DNA of 64,000 bases, from positions 23,002,001 through 23,066,000 of the forward strand of contig OZ024754.1 of NCBI GenBank assembly GCA_964016885.1, read 5' to 3'. The notes under the pieces are model-generated. The model worked only from the letters and a program-made list of their open reading frames with translations, made no database searches and was not told the origin of the DNA. This DNA comes from Eledone cirrhosa. Its lineage: Eukaryota. Position 1 is the stretch's first letter. Every line of letters starts with the position of its first letter. The position numbers and the translations under genes were made by a program. Of this stretch, positions 33,932 through 47,144 are shown one piece after another.

Positions 33932-35568
33932 AAATCGTCAGTGGAAGCCCATTAAACATTGATATAAGAAAACAATTTCTTACCGCTGTCAAAAATCATG
34001 TCCGTAAAGTTGGTCTCTCTCACTTCGAATGACCGCTAAATTTGAAATTCCAGCAGTTTTTGACTGAGGAAGTATCATAGCGACACGAAGCGGGAAGGGG
34101 AGACAACCCACGAAATGAGGAAAAAAATAATAATATACACGCGGGTTAATTAGTTTTTTTGAAAACATTATCAATCCAACGTGTTTAAGAACTCAATTGA
34201 AAATAAAAAAATAAAAAAATAAATATATGCTTGTATAAATTAAACACGAATATAGATATTTTCTTAGGCTAAATCAGAAGTTGTACCCGAATAAGAACCG
34301 CTTTTCATAACCGCAGTAAATGCAGAAAGTTATGCTATAAAGGGCAAATGGGAATATAATTCTCCGGCCGAATTATTAAGAGTAAAATATAAAACACACG
34401 CGGGTTAATTAGTTATTTCAAAACCAATATTAATTCCTCGTGTAAAGAACTCAATTAATAAAAGAAAATAAATACATATATGCATCTAATTATATACGTA
34501 GGCATATATATATATTTTCCTAGGCTAAAAAACAGAGAAGTTACAACCAAAAAAAAAAAAAAAAAGCCACAATATTTCACAACAGTAATAAATACGGAAA
34601 GTCAAATTCATAAAGTACCTGGAAATAAACACCTCTGGCCATTCAAGAGTAAATATTTAATACAATAACAGAGATAGTTTAAAGCTAAACTCTGACTGGT
34701 AACCATCTCACTCAACAAACATTAGGTTATATTAAAATATAAACCCAATTTAAGTGTTTGGGGTGCTAACAATATGTATAATGTGGAAAAACCAGTTGTA
34801 TTGTTTTATGAGATATAATTAAAGTTAAAGTATATCTCTCTTTCCAAACAATTGTTTCATTATAAGTTTTCTACAAGTTTGGGAGAATGTTTCCTGTTTA
34901 TGTAGAAGCCTAATATATATTCATGTAAGAATATATTTAGGTGGGCACTTATAAATCGTCAGTGGAAGCCCATTAAACATTGATATAAGAAAACAATTTC
35001 TTACCGCTGTCAAAAATCATGTCCGTAAAGTTGGTCTCTCTCACCTCGAATGACCGCTAAATTTGAAATTCCAGCAGTTTTTGACTGAGGAAGTATCATA
35101 GCGACACGAAGCGGGAAGGGGAGACAACCCACGAAATGAGGAAAAAAATAATAATATACACGCGGGTTAATTAGTTTTTTTGAAAACATTATCAATCCAA
35201 CGTGTTTAAGAACTCAATTGAAAATAAAAAAATAAAAAAATAAATATATGCTTGTATAAATTACACACGCATATAGATATTTTCTTAGGCTAAATCAGCA
35301 GTTGTACCCGAATAAGAACCGCTTTTCATAACCGCAGTAAATGCAGAAAGTTATGCTATAAAGGGCAAATGGGAATATAATTCTCCGGCCGAATTATTAA
35401 GAGTAAAATATAAAACACACGCGGGTTAATTAGTTATTTCAAAACCAATATTAATTCCTCGTGTAAAGAACTCAATTAATAAAAGAAAATAAATACATAT
35501 ATGCATCTAATTATATACGTAGGCATATATATATATTTTCCTAGGCTAAAAAACAGAGAAGTTACAAC

Positions 35569-35600
<32 letters not shown>

Positions 35601-36078
35601 CCACAATATTTCACAACAGTAATAAATACGGAAAGTCAAATTCATAAGGTACCTGGAAATAAACACCTCTGGCCATTCAAGAGTAAATATTTAATACAAT
35701 AACAGAGATAGTTTAAAGCTAAACTCTGACTGGTAACCATCTCACTCAACAAACATTAGGTTATATTAAAATATAAACCCAATTTAAGTGTTTGGGGTGC
35801 TAACAATATGTATAATGTGGAAAAACCAGTTGTATTATTTTATGAGATATAATTAAAGTTAAAGTATATCTCTCTTTCCAAACAATTGTTTCATTATAAG
35901 TTTTCTACAAGTTTGGGAGAATGTTTCCTGTTTATGTAGAAGCCTAATATATATTCATGTAAGAATATATTTAGGTGGGCACTTATAAATCGTCATTGAT
36001 ATAAGAAAACAATTTCTTACCGCTGTCAAAAATCATGTCCGTAAAGTTGGTCTCTCTCACATCGAATGACCGCTAAAT
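33932..36078 (-). repeat. Tandem array of a ~1020-1040-bp non-coding HHR-bearing unit (family E), about 2.1 copies
   Basis: TTGATATAAGAAAACAATTTCTTACCGCTGTC recurs at about 33959, 34980 and 35996. Confidence 0.92.
34842..34967 (-). ncRNA. Type I hammerhead with branched stem II (family E). The copy at 35876-35995 is broken by an 18-bp deletion
   Basis: TTCCA CTGACGA t TTATAAGT [two internal hairpins] ACTTATAA t GAAA CAATTG TT TGGAA. Confidence 0.85.
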
Positions 36079-36107
36079 GTATATATATATATGAATATAT
36101 ATATATG

Positions 36108-36141
<34 letters not shown>

Positions 36142-36155
36142 TACATACACACATA

Positions 36156-36191
<36 letters not shown>

Positions 36192-36269
36192 CATATATAT
36201 ATATGCATATATATCTATCTATATATACATATATATATATATACATATATATATATTTTATATATATAT

Positions 36270-36320
<51 letters not shown>

Positions 36321-36325
<5 letters not shown>

Positions 36326-36520
36326 CAATTGTTTGGAAAGAGTGATATATTTTAATTTTAATATCTCATATAAAATAATACAACTGGCTTTCCACAAAAT
36401 ACATATAGTTAGCACCCCAAACACAAAATTGGGATTATACTAACGTATATCCTAATGTTTGTTGAGTGAGATGGTTACCAGTCAGAGTTTAGCTTAAAGC
36501 TTTCTCTGTTATTGTATTAA
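36321..36520 (+). mobile_element. Diverged 3'-terminal fragment of family E starting inside the HHR
   Basis: Begins TGAAACAATTGTTTGGAAAG and ends CTGTTATTGTATTAA-(TA)n. Confidence 0.8.
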
Positions 36521-36582
36521 ATATATATATATATATATATACGATATTAAATAAATGGAAACTATATTTATAAAACCATATT

Positions 36583-36648
36583 TATTTCATTATATATATT
36601 TCAGGGATATCATATTAAAAATATGCTATGCCTTCTTCAGACAAAATA
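36583..36648 (-). ncRNA. Type I hammerhead ribozyme (family H)
   Basis: Reverse complement reads TATTTTGT CTGAAGA AGGCATAGCATATT ttt AATATGATATCCCT GAAA TATATA TA ATGAAATA. Confidence 0.85.
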
Positions 36649-38008
36649 CAATATAAACAGTCTTATAAATAGATAGATTCGACATACCTTTCAACTTCGA
36701 CTTCTATTTGAAAAGTTGATTTGGTAGTGAAAAAATATTAGGGACAGTTATAAAAAGAAAGAAAGAAAAACGAAGAAAAAGAAGAAATGCATGCAACTAA
36801 ATAGAGAGAGATAGATATAGAGAGATAGATAGAGAGAAGAAATTCATGTAAAGAAACAGAGAGAGGAAAAAAAACACAGAGGGAGATAGATAGAGAGAGA
36901 GAGAGAGAAGAGAAGAGAGGAGAGAGAAAATATAGAGAGATAGATATAGATAGAGATAGAAAATAGGTAGTTGGGCACCAGTTGAATGACGTATCAATGA
37001 TATATTTATTTATTTATTTATTTATTTAGCTCTAGTATTAATGTAGAGAGAGATATATGTGGTTAAGAGAGAAAACAGCCGTTACATAGAGAGAAAAAAA
37101 AAATATCCAGACATAAACGAGGCAGATTTAAAACACTATGTTTCATCAATGTAAAAAAATATCAATTCGTATAAAACAGGCAATATAATGTAAATATCAG
37201 TATTCATGAATGAGACACGTATCAATAATGTGTAAAAAAAAATAATGATCATATGTCTAGTTTAAAATTCCTAGGTTTATATTAGAGTTGAGATAAAATA
37301 GAAGGTTATCCCAGATTTTATACTATATACATCCATGTGAATTTACGTGAACAGCTCTGCAAATTCCTATTTCACACGAAAACATTCTCATTGTGCTATA
37401 AAAATTCTAGTATACATATATGTGTACATACACACAAATATATATAGAGTCTACATTAATTTTAACAATACTATTCATGTCTTTACTCTACATGATTATC
37501 ATTCAAGCATAAATAGAGAGCAGACATGAATATATCAATAAAAATATCAGAAACAAAAAATAAATAAATAAATAAATAAAAAACAAAAAAAAATCAAAAA
37601 AATATTAAAAATAAAAATATTAAAAATATTAAAAAATATTAAAAATATTAAAATAAAAATAAAACATAGTATGCCCCGCAAATCAACCACAGAGATCAAC
37701 CCTTCAAAGTTAATTGACAATATATTGCCAAGTTCGTTATAAGCATCAGAATCAAAAGCAAACAAAACCAAAAATTATTTACCAAATCCTGTCTAGCAGA
37801 AAACATTCCAAAAGTTTAGGATACCCATTTGATCTACAGATGGTCTTATATTTAATATAGAAGTTTATCTAGTGTAAAATTTATTCGATATATTTGGAGC
37901 ATCAGCTTTTAGGGTAGTTTAATTATTCATGAAGAATGTTTAAAATAAAAAGGAATCGAAAGATTTATCGGCGAGTTTCATAAATAATTATAAATCAAAT
38001 TAAATATA

Positions 38009-40234
38009 CTACATTTTAAATTTATATTTATATTTAAAAGTTGAGTTCAATCTATGTCTGCAGCAACTGAATAAATTTGTCCGTAAATTAAGGGAATTTT
38101 TAGATTTTAGTATAAAGAATATCTCCTCCGCGCAGAGGTCACATGTCTCAGAGGATGAATTAAAAGGAATCCCGCTTGAGACTATATTCCAAAACATCGA
38201 ATACCCAACGTTATCACGCTTAAGTTGCCAGAGTAAGCCTGATAGTGATGTTGAGGATTTTTTGCTTGGATCTGTGAAAGAATTCTTGTGGTTATTATAG
38301 CGAAGTTTAAATTCTGTCGAGGTGGAACCAACATAGTTAAAAGAATTTAAGTCCGTTTTAACATTACAGTTGTATATTATATTTTTAACTAAGCAATTGT
38401 TATTTAACGGACATTTAGATCTATCTCTACAGTTACATTTGTTAACTTGGATATTATTTATGCTATTATCGGTATTTTGGCTAGGTTTTAAATTCCTATT
38501 ATTTATTCTATTAATATTTTGTGCTAAATTTTTGGTGGATGAGTAGGTTAATTTTATAGTATGTCTATTGAAAATTGAGTGATACCTATGTGTTCTAGGG
38601 AAGCGATTATCAAGAGCATTAAAAAATAGTTTAGCGATGTGGGTTTTAATGTTTAGTGAGAAAGGGGGGGGGGGGGCAAACCATATTATATTCCTAGTTC
38701 TATTTCTTTTTTGGCTTTTGGAATTATTGTAATGCTTTCTATTATAGTTGTTAAAGTTGTTGCCGTAATTAAAATTGTTATTTTGGTTAGTTTGTCTATT
38801 ATTATCTATGTACATAATTTTATCACTATATCCTGCTCTAGCTAACGCTTCATTGTAATACTGGGCTTTTTCGTCGAAAATATTTTTATTAGATGAGATT
38901 CTAGAGATACGATTTTGAACAGAGTTTACTATAGTATTTTTAACAGATCTGGGGTGGTTAGAGTTAAAGCTGACATAGTTTAAGTTTTCATTCAACTTGT
39001 GAAATGGATAGTGAAGACATGTGTTGAGATTTAATGTTACATCTAGGAAATTGACTATTCTATGGTTATTCTCAATTTCTATTTTTAGATTAAAGTAATT
39101 AAAAAATTGTGTAATTTGTTTTCTTTTTCTATTTAGTTCAGAGCTATTATTTTCAATAAGTAAAAGCATGTCATCTCTATATAAACCTCCGGTAGCACCG
39201 GGTATTTTCCTATGCAGCGAATTGATTAAAAATAGGCCCACAAGGTCAGTTACCTGAGCTGAGTCGGATGATCCCATAGTAATGTCGAAATTGTTATCTC
39301 TATCTGCTCTGGTCCATAGTTGGTCATTAAATTCTATCAATGTTTTCCTAGCCGATAATATAATGTGCATTTCATTGCTAGTTAGGTCTGTATGTTTGAA
39401 TGCGTAATTTAGTGCCTTATTTAGTAGATTAGGGGTAATAGATGAATAATAGTTAGCGATATCTAGTTGAATAAACTTATTATTATTGTTATATTTAATT
39501 TCTTTAAACCACTCAACAACCTCTCCAGTTCCCTTCCACAAGCTCAAGTTAGGTACACAATTCAAGTTTTTAATTTGCTGTATCACCCTGTCTAGAATGT
39601 TTTTGCTTAGTTTACCCAGGTCCGATTTTGATGGTGCAATCAATCTGACTGGCAGGTCATTTTCAAAATTACTTTTGTGATCTTTCATATTGATCTTCGG
39701 TTTCCTGGGCACGAAAGGTTGTGTTCTGTTCTCAATTTCCAACTCATGCATTATACAAGATGCCTCAACATTCATTTTCTCAAGCTCGGCCTTATCTGCT
39801 ACCTTGTACTTTTTCCTCAGTTCTTTCAGTATGAGGCCATTATACATGTCTTTTTGCACTCCATAGAGGTTGTTGGTCTTGTCAGATTTCACCAAGATCT
39901 TCTCAGTTTTCTCTAAGCTCTCAATATTATCCTTAATGCCTTTCAGATATTCCTGGCCTTTGAAGTTTCTCTTGAACTTGACTCCTTGTATGATAGAAAT
40001 TATATCGTTTTCAAAGTCAAATAAAAGTTTGTTGGGGGGTGGATTTCTTTTAGATTTGAAAACTTTGTCTAAGTCCGAGACATTTTCATTTGTATTAGAT
40101 TTATCAAAGTGGAATGCCCGCCACCTGATTCTCCTTATAAAAGAGTCAGATTTATCTATTAATTGTTTAATAAAGTCTTTGTTTCTAGGTAGAGGTATGT
40201 CTTTTAAAGAGGAAGAAATCTTAAAGAATTCCAT
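38009..40234 (-). CDS. PLE RT + GIY-YIG endonuclease, intact 741 aa
   Basis: Contains KSDKTNN, QLDIANYYSSI, ITMGSSDSAQVTDLVG, GGLYRDD, CNCRDRSKCPLNNNC, IIYNC...NYVG and CDLC...CRH. Confidence 0.95.
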   Translation of the reverse strand: MEFFKISSSLKDIPLPRNKDFIKQLIDKSDSFIRRIRWRAFHFDKSNTNENVSDLDKVFKSKRNPPPNKLLFDFENDIISIIQGVKFKRNFKGQEYLKGIKDNIESLEKTEKILVKSDKTNNLYGVQKDMYNGLILKELRKKYKVADKAELEKMNVEASCIMHELEIENRTQPFVPRKPKINMKDHKSNFENDLPVRLIAPSKSDLGKLSKNILDRVIQQIKNLNCVPNLSLWKGTGEVVEWFKEIKYNNNNKFIQLDIANYYSSITPNLLNKALNYAFKHTDLTSNEMHIILSARKTLIEFNDQLWTRADRDNNFDITMGSSDSAQVTDLVGLFLINSLHRKIPGATGGLYRDDMLLLIENNSSELNRKRKQITQFFNYFNLKIEIENNHRIVNFLDVTLNLNTCLHYPFHKLNENLNYVSFNSNHPRSVKNTIVNSVQNRISRISSNKNIFDEKAQYYNEALARAGYSDKIMYIDNNRQTNQNNNFNYGNNFNNYNRKHYNNSKSQKRNRTRNIIWFAPPPPFSLNIKTHIAKLFFNALDNRFPRTHRYHSIFNRHTIKLTYSSTKNLAQNINRINNRNLKPSQNTDNSINNIQVNKCNCRDRSKCPLNNNCLVKNIIYNCNVKTDLNSFNYVGSTSTEFKLRYNNHKNSFTDPSKKSSTSLSGLLWQLKRDNVGYSMFWNIVSSGIPFNSSSETCDLCAEEIFFILKSKNSLNLRTNLFSCCRHRLNSTFKYKYKFKM

Positions 40235-40363
40235 TTTTTCAGTTATAATATAAAGCGCTCAACAGTATTGGAGCAAGATATATGCAAAGTTTTATTTAAA
40301 TTGTTGGGTTAACAACGAGTAAATATTTATAACTGATATAAAAGCACTCAACAAGTATTTGGA

Positions 40364-40399
<36 letters not shown>

Positions 40400-40505
40400 A
40401 AGTATATATATCCCTACACGCACAAAGCGCTTAGGGAAACATGTATTGTCCAACCATATGCCAGTGTGGTTCAATGACAGGCTAATAAATTAACGAGCCA
40501 GAACA

Positions 40506-40902
40506 TATATAATCAAGGTTTAGCAAATAAGAAAAAGTTTCAAAATAAATTTAAAAAAAATGTGGTCGTTCTGACTGCTGCTAGTTATAGTGTAGTTGAC
40601 TGACCTCCCTGCTTTTGCATCTATCTTTACACACGGCACTTGAAGGAATTGCTCCCACATCATTTATTCTCATCTCGGGAACAATTTTGAATAGCGCCAG
40701 TTCGTAATTTGAACTCGGGAATTTTATATTCTCCGAGTGAAAAGATCCTTCTGACGAGAGTTTATCTTTGCAATGGATGCCGTAAGGACTGTCCGTTTAT
40801 TTTTGAGACTCGAAACCGATTCGGTAAAGGTAACCATAGTGATTAAAGTAAATTTTTTAAAATTTATTTTGAAACTTTTACTTATTTGCTAAACCTTGAT
40901 TA
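40506..40902 (+). mobile_element. Small HHR-bearing element bounded by ~55-bp inverted repeats (family I)
   Basis: 40506-40560 is the reverse complement of about 40851-40905. Confidence 0.8.
40747..40830 (+). ncRNA. Type I hammerhead ribozyme with enlarged stem II (family I)
   Basis: CCTT CTGACGA GAGTTT...AGACTC GAAA CCG att CGG TA AAGG. Confidence 0.9.
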
Positions 40903-40934
<32 letters not shown>

Positions 40935-40990
40935 CATATATATACATATATATATATACATATATATATATATACATATATATATATATG

Positions 40991-41124
<134 letters not shown>

Positions 41125-41130
41125 TATATG

Positions 41131-41163
<33 letters not shown>

Positions 41164-41333
41164 GTATGTCGAAACAAATATTGTTATACTTGGGGAGGGT
41201 CATATTTGTGTAATATTGCCAGAATTAATAACAGAACACACTCAATAAATAAAATAAGATAAATAAATAAATAAATATGTAGACAGACTGAATAAAAATG
41301 GCGTAGACATACAACACAACAGGAGGAAAATAT

Positions 41334-41396
41334 AACACCACTGACGATGTTGCAGATGTGCAACGAAAGATTTATGATAAACTATATATATGTGTT
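41334..41396 (+). ncRNA. Degenerate hammerhead-like motif within the fragment 41168-41513
   Basis: CTGACGA t GTTGCA gatg TGCAAC GAAA is clear. Stems III and I are imperfect. Confidence 0.45.
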
Positions 41397-41553
41397 TGTG
41401 TCTATATTGTATCTGTATTATTTTTGACCGTCGGTCAGTCAATGGCAACATTGAGGACCGAGTAAGTTAGATTACCGATATAAAAGACAGCGAGAAGCGA
41501 AAAGCAACCAAACAGTATATATATGTATATATATATGTATATATATATATATA

Positions 41554-42530
41554 TATAAAGGTTATCATAAAGTTAAATATATATATGTTGCAACTGTTCA
41601 CTTTTAAGCTCTATGAAGAATTAATAAATTAAAATCAAAAAATCAGAGCATTATATCATAAATCATGTCTTATGAATCATCAGATATTAAAATATATACT
41701 ATTTCTTCTTCTAACTTTATATTTAATAATCTCCCAATTGGTTGAGATTAAATTTGGCGATATATGGCTGCGCTTTCTAGCAGCAAGCCTACCCGCCGTA
41801 AGCAACCAATCACACGCTTTCTCTCTGGCTGGAACACAGCTACATAGCGATTTTAGCCATTTTTGAATCTAAATTTGGCGCGATCGGTTAGAAAAACTAA
41901 ATGTCTGATTTTGAGTTTATCTCCTGATGAAACCTAACTCTGAGCATCCATATTATTTGGAAGTCCTAAATAAGGAAGAAACCATGGTAGAGATATAATT
42001 ACGGTATGTGCGCATTTCTTCTAAGTTTAATTTTACTACTAATTATGTGTGGTTGATGGTATATTTAGCCGGATCCTACATGCTGTCGAAATGTTGGATA
42101 AATAATGGAACGGGGCCGACGCGAAGAGGCTACGATCGATTATTTGTCGGAGATTTCCCCATAAGAGAATTTGTTCTTATAACTTGCTAGGATGGATTTT
42201 GTATATGGTTAATTATGCTGATTAGAAGAAGAAATAGTATATATTTTAATATCTGATGATTCATAAGACATGATTTATGATATAATGCTCTGATTTTTTG
42301 ATTTTAATTTATTAATTCTTCATAGAGCTTAAAAGTGAACAGTTGCAACATATATATATATTTAACTTTATGTATATGATAACCTTTATATTTAATAATC
42401 TCCCAATTGGTTGAGATTAAATTTGGCGATATATGCAAGGATGGATTTTGTATATGGTTAATTATGCTGATTAGAAGAAAAAATAGTATATATTTTAATA
42501 TCTGATGATTCATAAGACATGATTTATGAT
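41554..42530 (+). mobile_element. PLE pLTR-type element (family J): inverted tail, HHR-bearing unit and an internally deleted second unit
   Basis: 41554-41714 is inverted at 42222-42390. Relatives at 48349-48910 and 60263-60411. Confidence 0.8.
41918..41995 (+). ncRNA. Type I hammerhead (family J); diverged homolog at 48553-48639(+)
   Basis: TATCTC CTGATGA aaCCT...AGGaa GAAA CCATGG TA GAGATA. The homolog has aTCCG...CGGAc, which covaries. Confidence 0.85.
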
Positions 42531-42555
42531 ATATATATATATGTATATATATATA

Positions 42556-42978
42556 TGACGTATTATCTTCGTTTTTTTCGTTCATCGCCAGAGAAGGTCT
42601 CTATGCACCACCCAAGAGAACATTAGTCTACGACCTCTATTATACCATAAACGTGATTCTGTCTTTGCGCGTAATTGTTTTTCACCGCTCCTATTAATGA
42701 CGTATTATATTCGTTTTTGCCCGTTCTTAGCCAGCGAACGTTTCCACGAACCAAAGTATCGTCTTCCTGTCTTCCTCCGGTTGCAACGTTTTTTGAAATA
42801 TCCAGTTCTGCGTTTACAGATTGACTTTGTTAGTTTCAGAAGATCCCGTTAAGGGTGAAAGCAGCGATTCTTTGCTTAAACTTTAATCTGTTATTTTAAT
42901 AAATATTTGCTCTACGGTTCTTATATATTTGATATATATTTATCCTTATCGAGCCCTCTTTGGATTTAGTCTTCAAAA
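42556..42978 (+). mobile_element. 3' end of family B ending in (ATT)n; HHR variant at 42832-42882
   Basis: AGTTT CAGAAGA t CCC gttaa GGG t GAA AGCA...TGCT T AAACT. Confidence 0.75.
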
Positions 42979-43009
42979 TTATTATTATTATTATTATTAT
43001 TGTTGTTAT

Positions 43010-45925
43010 TCCTTGAATCTCAGTCATTGATGTTGGTTAACTGGAAAGTCCGTTGGATTGAATATCAAGCCACTACCTGCAGCCTCAGATATTCAGGACG
43101 TATCGGAGGGTTCTTGCTGTTCCAAGCAAGCATGCCTTTTGAAGCGTTCCAAAAAGCGTGAAGGGGCCGATTTTCTTTAACCATCCCTGGAAACTTTTGG
43201 AGATAGTCCCCAGTGCGCCTATGACAATCGGGATCACTTTGACTTCATGGCAGTTCCAAATCCTTTTCACCTCCCACTTTAGGTCCTGGTATCGGTTAAT
43301 TTTCTCCCTCTCCTTCTCTTGCACTCTCGTGTCGAACGGGCAGGCCACATCCACAATCAGACACGATCTTTTTTCTTTGTCCACAACCACCAGGTCAGGT
43401 CTATTGTGTTCCAGTTTTTTGTCCGTCTGTATCCTAAAATCCCACAGCACCTTCACCTGATTGTTCTCCATCACCGCCTCTGGCCTATGCTCATACCATT
43501 TCTCAGAATGTGGTAAATTGTTTACTTTGCACAGGTGCCAGTGGATCACCCTGCCCATCACATCGTGTCTCCAGCCCTTATAGTGGGTCTGGGCTAGGTG
43601 TTTACACTCGGACACAATGTGAGCCACAGTCTCCTCTCTCTCTCCACAGATCCTGCACAGTGGGCTAGCCTCCTCCTTGTAGATATGGTGCTTCAACCAC
43701 TTCGTTTTGAGGGCCTGCTCCTGCGCAGCCATTAGCATTCCTTCTGTAGCCTTTTTGAGGTCTCCTCTTCTCAACCAGTTCCATGTCTGTGGATCTCTAA
43801 ATTCAGTTTTCTCAAAGAAGGTACTATGAAGGGATTTTCCCTTAAGGCTGCTCTTCCTCCTTGATGTTATTTCCTCCTTGGACATCCCCTGGCCTACTGT
43901 CCCCTCCTTCAGTACATTTCTGAGCATTGGCTCCTTACTATAGGTCACGTATTTGTATAGGTTGTTTTTCTCCATCTGAACACAGTCCTCTATGCTGATA
44001 AGACCTCTTCCACCCTCAGATCTCCTTAGGTAGAGTCTATCGACATCACTCCTCTTGTGGAACATGTTGTAGATAGTCAATAGCTTCCTAGTCTTCCTAT
44101 CCATTTCTTTTTGTTCAGCAACATTCCATCTCAGAATTCCCGCACTGTACCTAATAATAGACACAGCTCGGGAATTTACTGCGCTTATGGCATTTCTGCT
44201 GTTCAGATGTGACTTCAATACGCTCCTTACTCTCCGAATGTATTCAGTTCTTAACAATTCCTTCATTTTTTTGTTCTTTATGCCATCAGCCTCCAGAACG
44301 CCCAAATACTTGTATCCTTCCTCAGAGTCAATTTCCTTTATCATCTCACCTGTTGGTATCTGGATCCCGTTACTTCTGCTCAACCTACCCCTCTTCATCA
44401 CAATGACTCCACATTTACCAATACCAAACTGCATACATATATCACTGCTGAAAATACGGACAGTGTCAACAAGCACATCCAACTCCTTCTCACTTTTCCC
44501 GAAGAGCTTAAGATCGTCCATGAAGAGGAGGTGATTGATGGTAAGCTCTCCCCTTCCCAACTTGTATCCTGCTCTCACTTTTCGCAGCATAATGGTCAAG
44601 GGCATCAGGGCAAGGACAAACAACAGGGGGGACAGGCTATCTCCCTGGAAGATACCTCTCTTGATCTTCACGCTTCCCAAGGATACTCCAGTTGATGTCA
44701 ACTCTGTCTCCCAGGACCCCATACTCCTGCCTAGCAACTGTCTGATGTTATCTGCCACCCTGAAGATCTCCAGGCTTTTGGTGATCCAGGAATGAGGCAC
44801 CTTGTCAAATGCCTTTCTGTAGTCTATCCATCCCATGGCAAGATCAGTGTGTCTCCTCCTGCAATTCCCCATTACCATCTTATCAATAAGTAACTGGTCC
44901 TTTGTACCACGTGACTTCTTTCGGCATCCTTTCTGTTCGTCCGGTAACAAGTTGTTTGTGTGGAGGTGATGGTAGATTTCCTCAGACACAATGCTCGTCA
45001 ACAGTTTCCACATTACGGACAGACATGTGATAGGTCTATAGTTGGTAACATCATTACCCTTGATTCGGTCTTTCATTATCAGAACTGTGGTACCTTTTGT
45101 CAACCACTCTGGCACCTCACCCGACACCAAGCAGTCATTGAACATGGCCGTCAGCTTCGGGTGGAGGGATGTTAAATGTTTAATCCAATACCCCTGCACA
45201 CCATCTGGGCCTGGTGATTTCCAGTTGGTTAGTTTTTTGGCCTGCCCCTTAAGAGTTTCAACTGTGATACTCAAATCAGTTTGTTGTTGTGCCTGCTCAC
45301 CGATCTCCCTCTGTACTGGGCATTGTGTCTAACATCCTGTTCCCATATTCCTCTCCAGAATGTTTTAGTTTGCTCCGCCCCAGGGATCAAGTCGTTGCCT
45401 CTTTCTTTCCCCTCAAGCTGTCCAAACAGCATCTTCTGGTTGTTGTCGAACATGCGGTTCTGTTTATACTGACTGACTCTGTTCTCGTATCGCCTGATTT
45501 TTGCACTCTTTGCTACAATGCGTTGCTTCAGTTCCTCTATGATAATATTTAGCTTTTTCCTCCTTGTTTTGTATTTTATTTCCAGTCTATTTTTAGTGCC
45601 TATGTTTTTTAGTATCCCATTCAGTAGTGACTCAAGCTTTCCTATGTCATTTCTCATTTCCCCAATTTGCCCACTCAGTCGCTTCTTCCACCACGGCTCT
45701 GCTCTTTCTTGTCTGTTGTTTCCTCTCGCTTTTATACCAAGTAGTTTCCTCATCGTATTTGCTGTTGCTTTGAGGATATTGTTGCACTGGTGAAGGCTCC
45801 TCGCCTCAAGGTATGGGATGACTTTGTTTAACTTAGCTGTTGTTTCTTTTAACTTTTTCCTGTCTACAAATCTTAGGTTCATAGGTCTCCCACTATCATT
45901 GTTCAATTCATCTACCACATTATTA
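43010..45925 (-). mobile_element. 5'-truncated R4/Dong-like non-LTR retrotransposon (RT + CCHC + restriction-like endonuclease), frameshift near 45280-45315
   Basis: NYRPITCL, IDYRKAFD, GIFQGDSLSP, LLFMDDLKL, CRICGEREETVAHIVSEC and RPDLVV...IVDVACP...EKINRY. The 3' end abuts (TAA)n at 42979-43010. Confidence 0.92.
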
Positions 45926-45939
45926 GAACCACTGTCTGG

Positions 45940-46536
45940 TTCTTATTCACTTATTCACATATGTCTGTCTACCAACCATGTAATTATGCATACTATACTA
46001 TGTTTGTTATTTGATATTGAAGTTGTTATATCATATCACTTTATGTAATCGTACTATAGATCTTAAATATTTACCGATTATTCGATGTACCCTTATGTTA
46101 AATTTTGTAAATTCTGTAATATATTTATATTTTTATAATTTTTATAATGTTTAGATAATATTTATTTATACCAATTGTATAAAAACTCGACCTCCGTCTG
46201 TTTTTTTACAACGGCATAGATATTTTTCCAGCACAATTTTTTCAACACAATTCATTTCTGTATGATATTTTTTTTCTCACCCTGTGTGTAACTTTATATG
46301 ATTTGTTAAGTTATATGCCAATATATTATAATATTGTTATTATAGTGTTATTGTAATATTTATATTGTTTGTGCAAATTGACCGGAGATTATAAATTATA
46401 TTGTATATTATATATTATATTTTTATTTTTATTCATTTCTTTATCATTTTATACTGTAAATAATATATGTATTATATTTATATTTAAACTCTTAATAAGT
46501 GTTAGTTTGTGTTTGTATTGATGGATATGTGTATTG

Positions 46537-46573
<37 letters not shown>

Positions 46574-47028
46574 TGGGCCTTTTAATATTATTATTATTAT
46601 CATTATCAATTATATTATATTATATTATATATCGTACTGTAATTCTCTCTTTATATCACCACTTGTGTTTAGTTTTAGTTTTTACATTGTACTATATTTG
46701 TAATATGGGTTCAAAATGTTATTAACTTCCTTAGCAATTTTTACTTGATAATTTTCCTATGCTTTAATGTATGTATACTCCATATTCTTCTGAGTTTTTT
46801 GGCTTGTATTGGCCGATAGTGCTTCTTATAGCTTTACTTGCCCTGATGAGTCCTGAATAGGACGAAACATTGTTGGCTAATAAAGACTTTTGATATATTG
46901 AAGGCTTCTTTGGTTTATTTTCATAATTCTTCGGCTCTGTTTAATTACATTGAGCTATATCTTTACTGTCATTTCTAGAATAAGGAGAGGATGTTTAACT
47001 CCAACACACTCTAGTATTTTAATTCTTA
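45940..47028 (+). mobile_element. Diverged 3' UTR/pLTR copy of family G with HHR at 46840-46877
   Basis: Reverse-complement homology to about 30841-31900, with the same terminus. Confidence 0.85.
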
Positions 47029-47112
47029 TGTATATATATATATATGTATATATATGTATATATATGTATATATATATGTATATATATGTATATATATATA
47101 TGTATACATATG

Positions 47113-47144
<32 letters not shown>

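Larger units (their letters stand above)
36541..40365 (-). mobile_element. Essentially complete PLE (Naiad-type) unit: leader, intact ORF, 1.4-kb 3' UTR and terminal HHR
   Basis: ORF and HHR are on the same strand and both ends lie in (TA)n. Confidence 0.85.
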
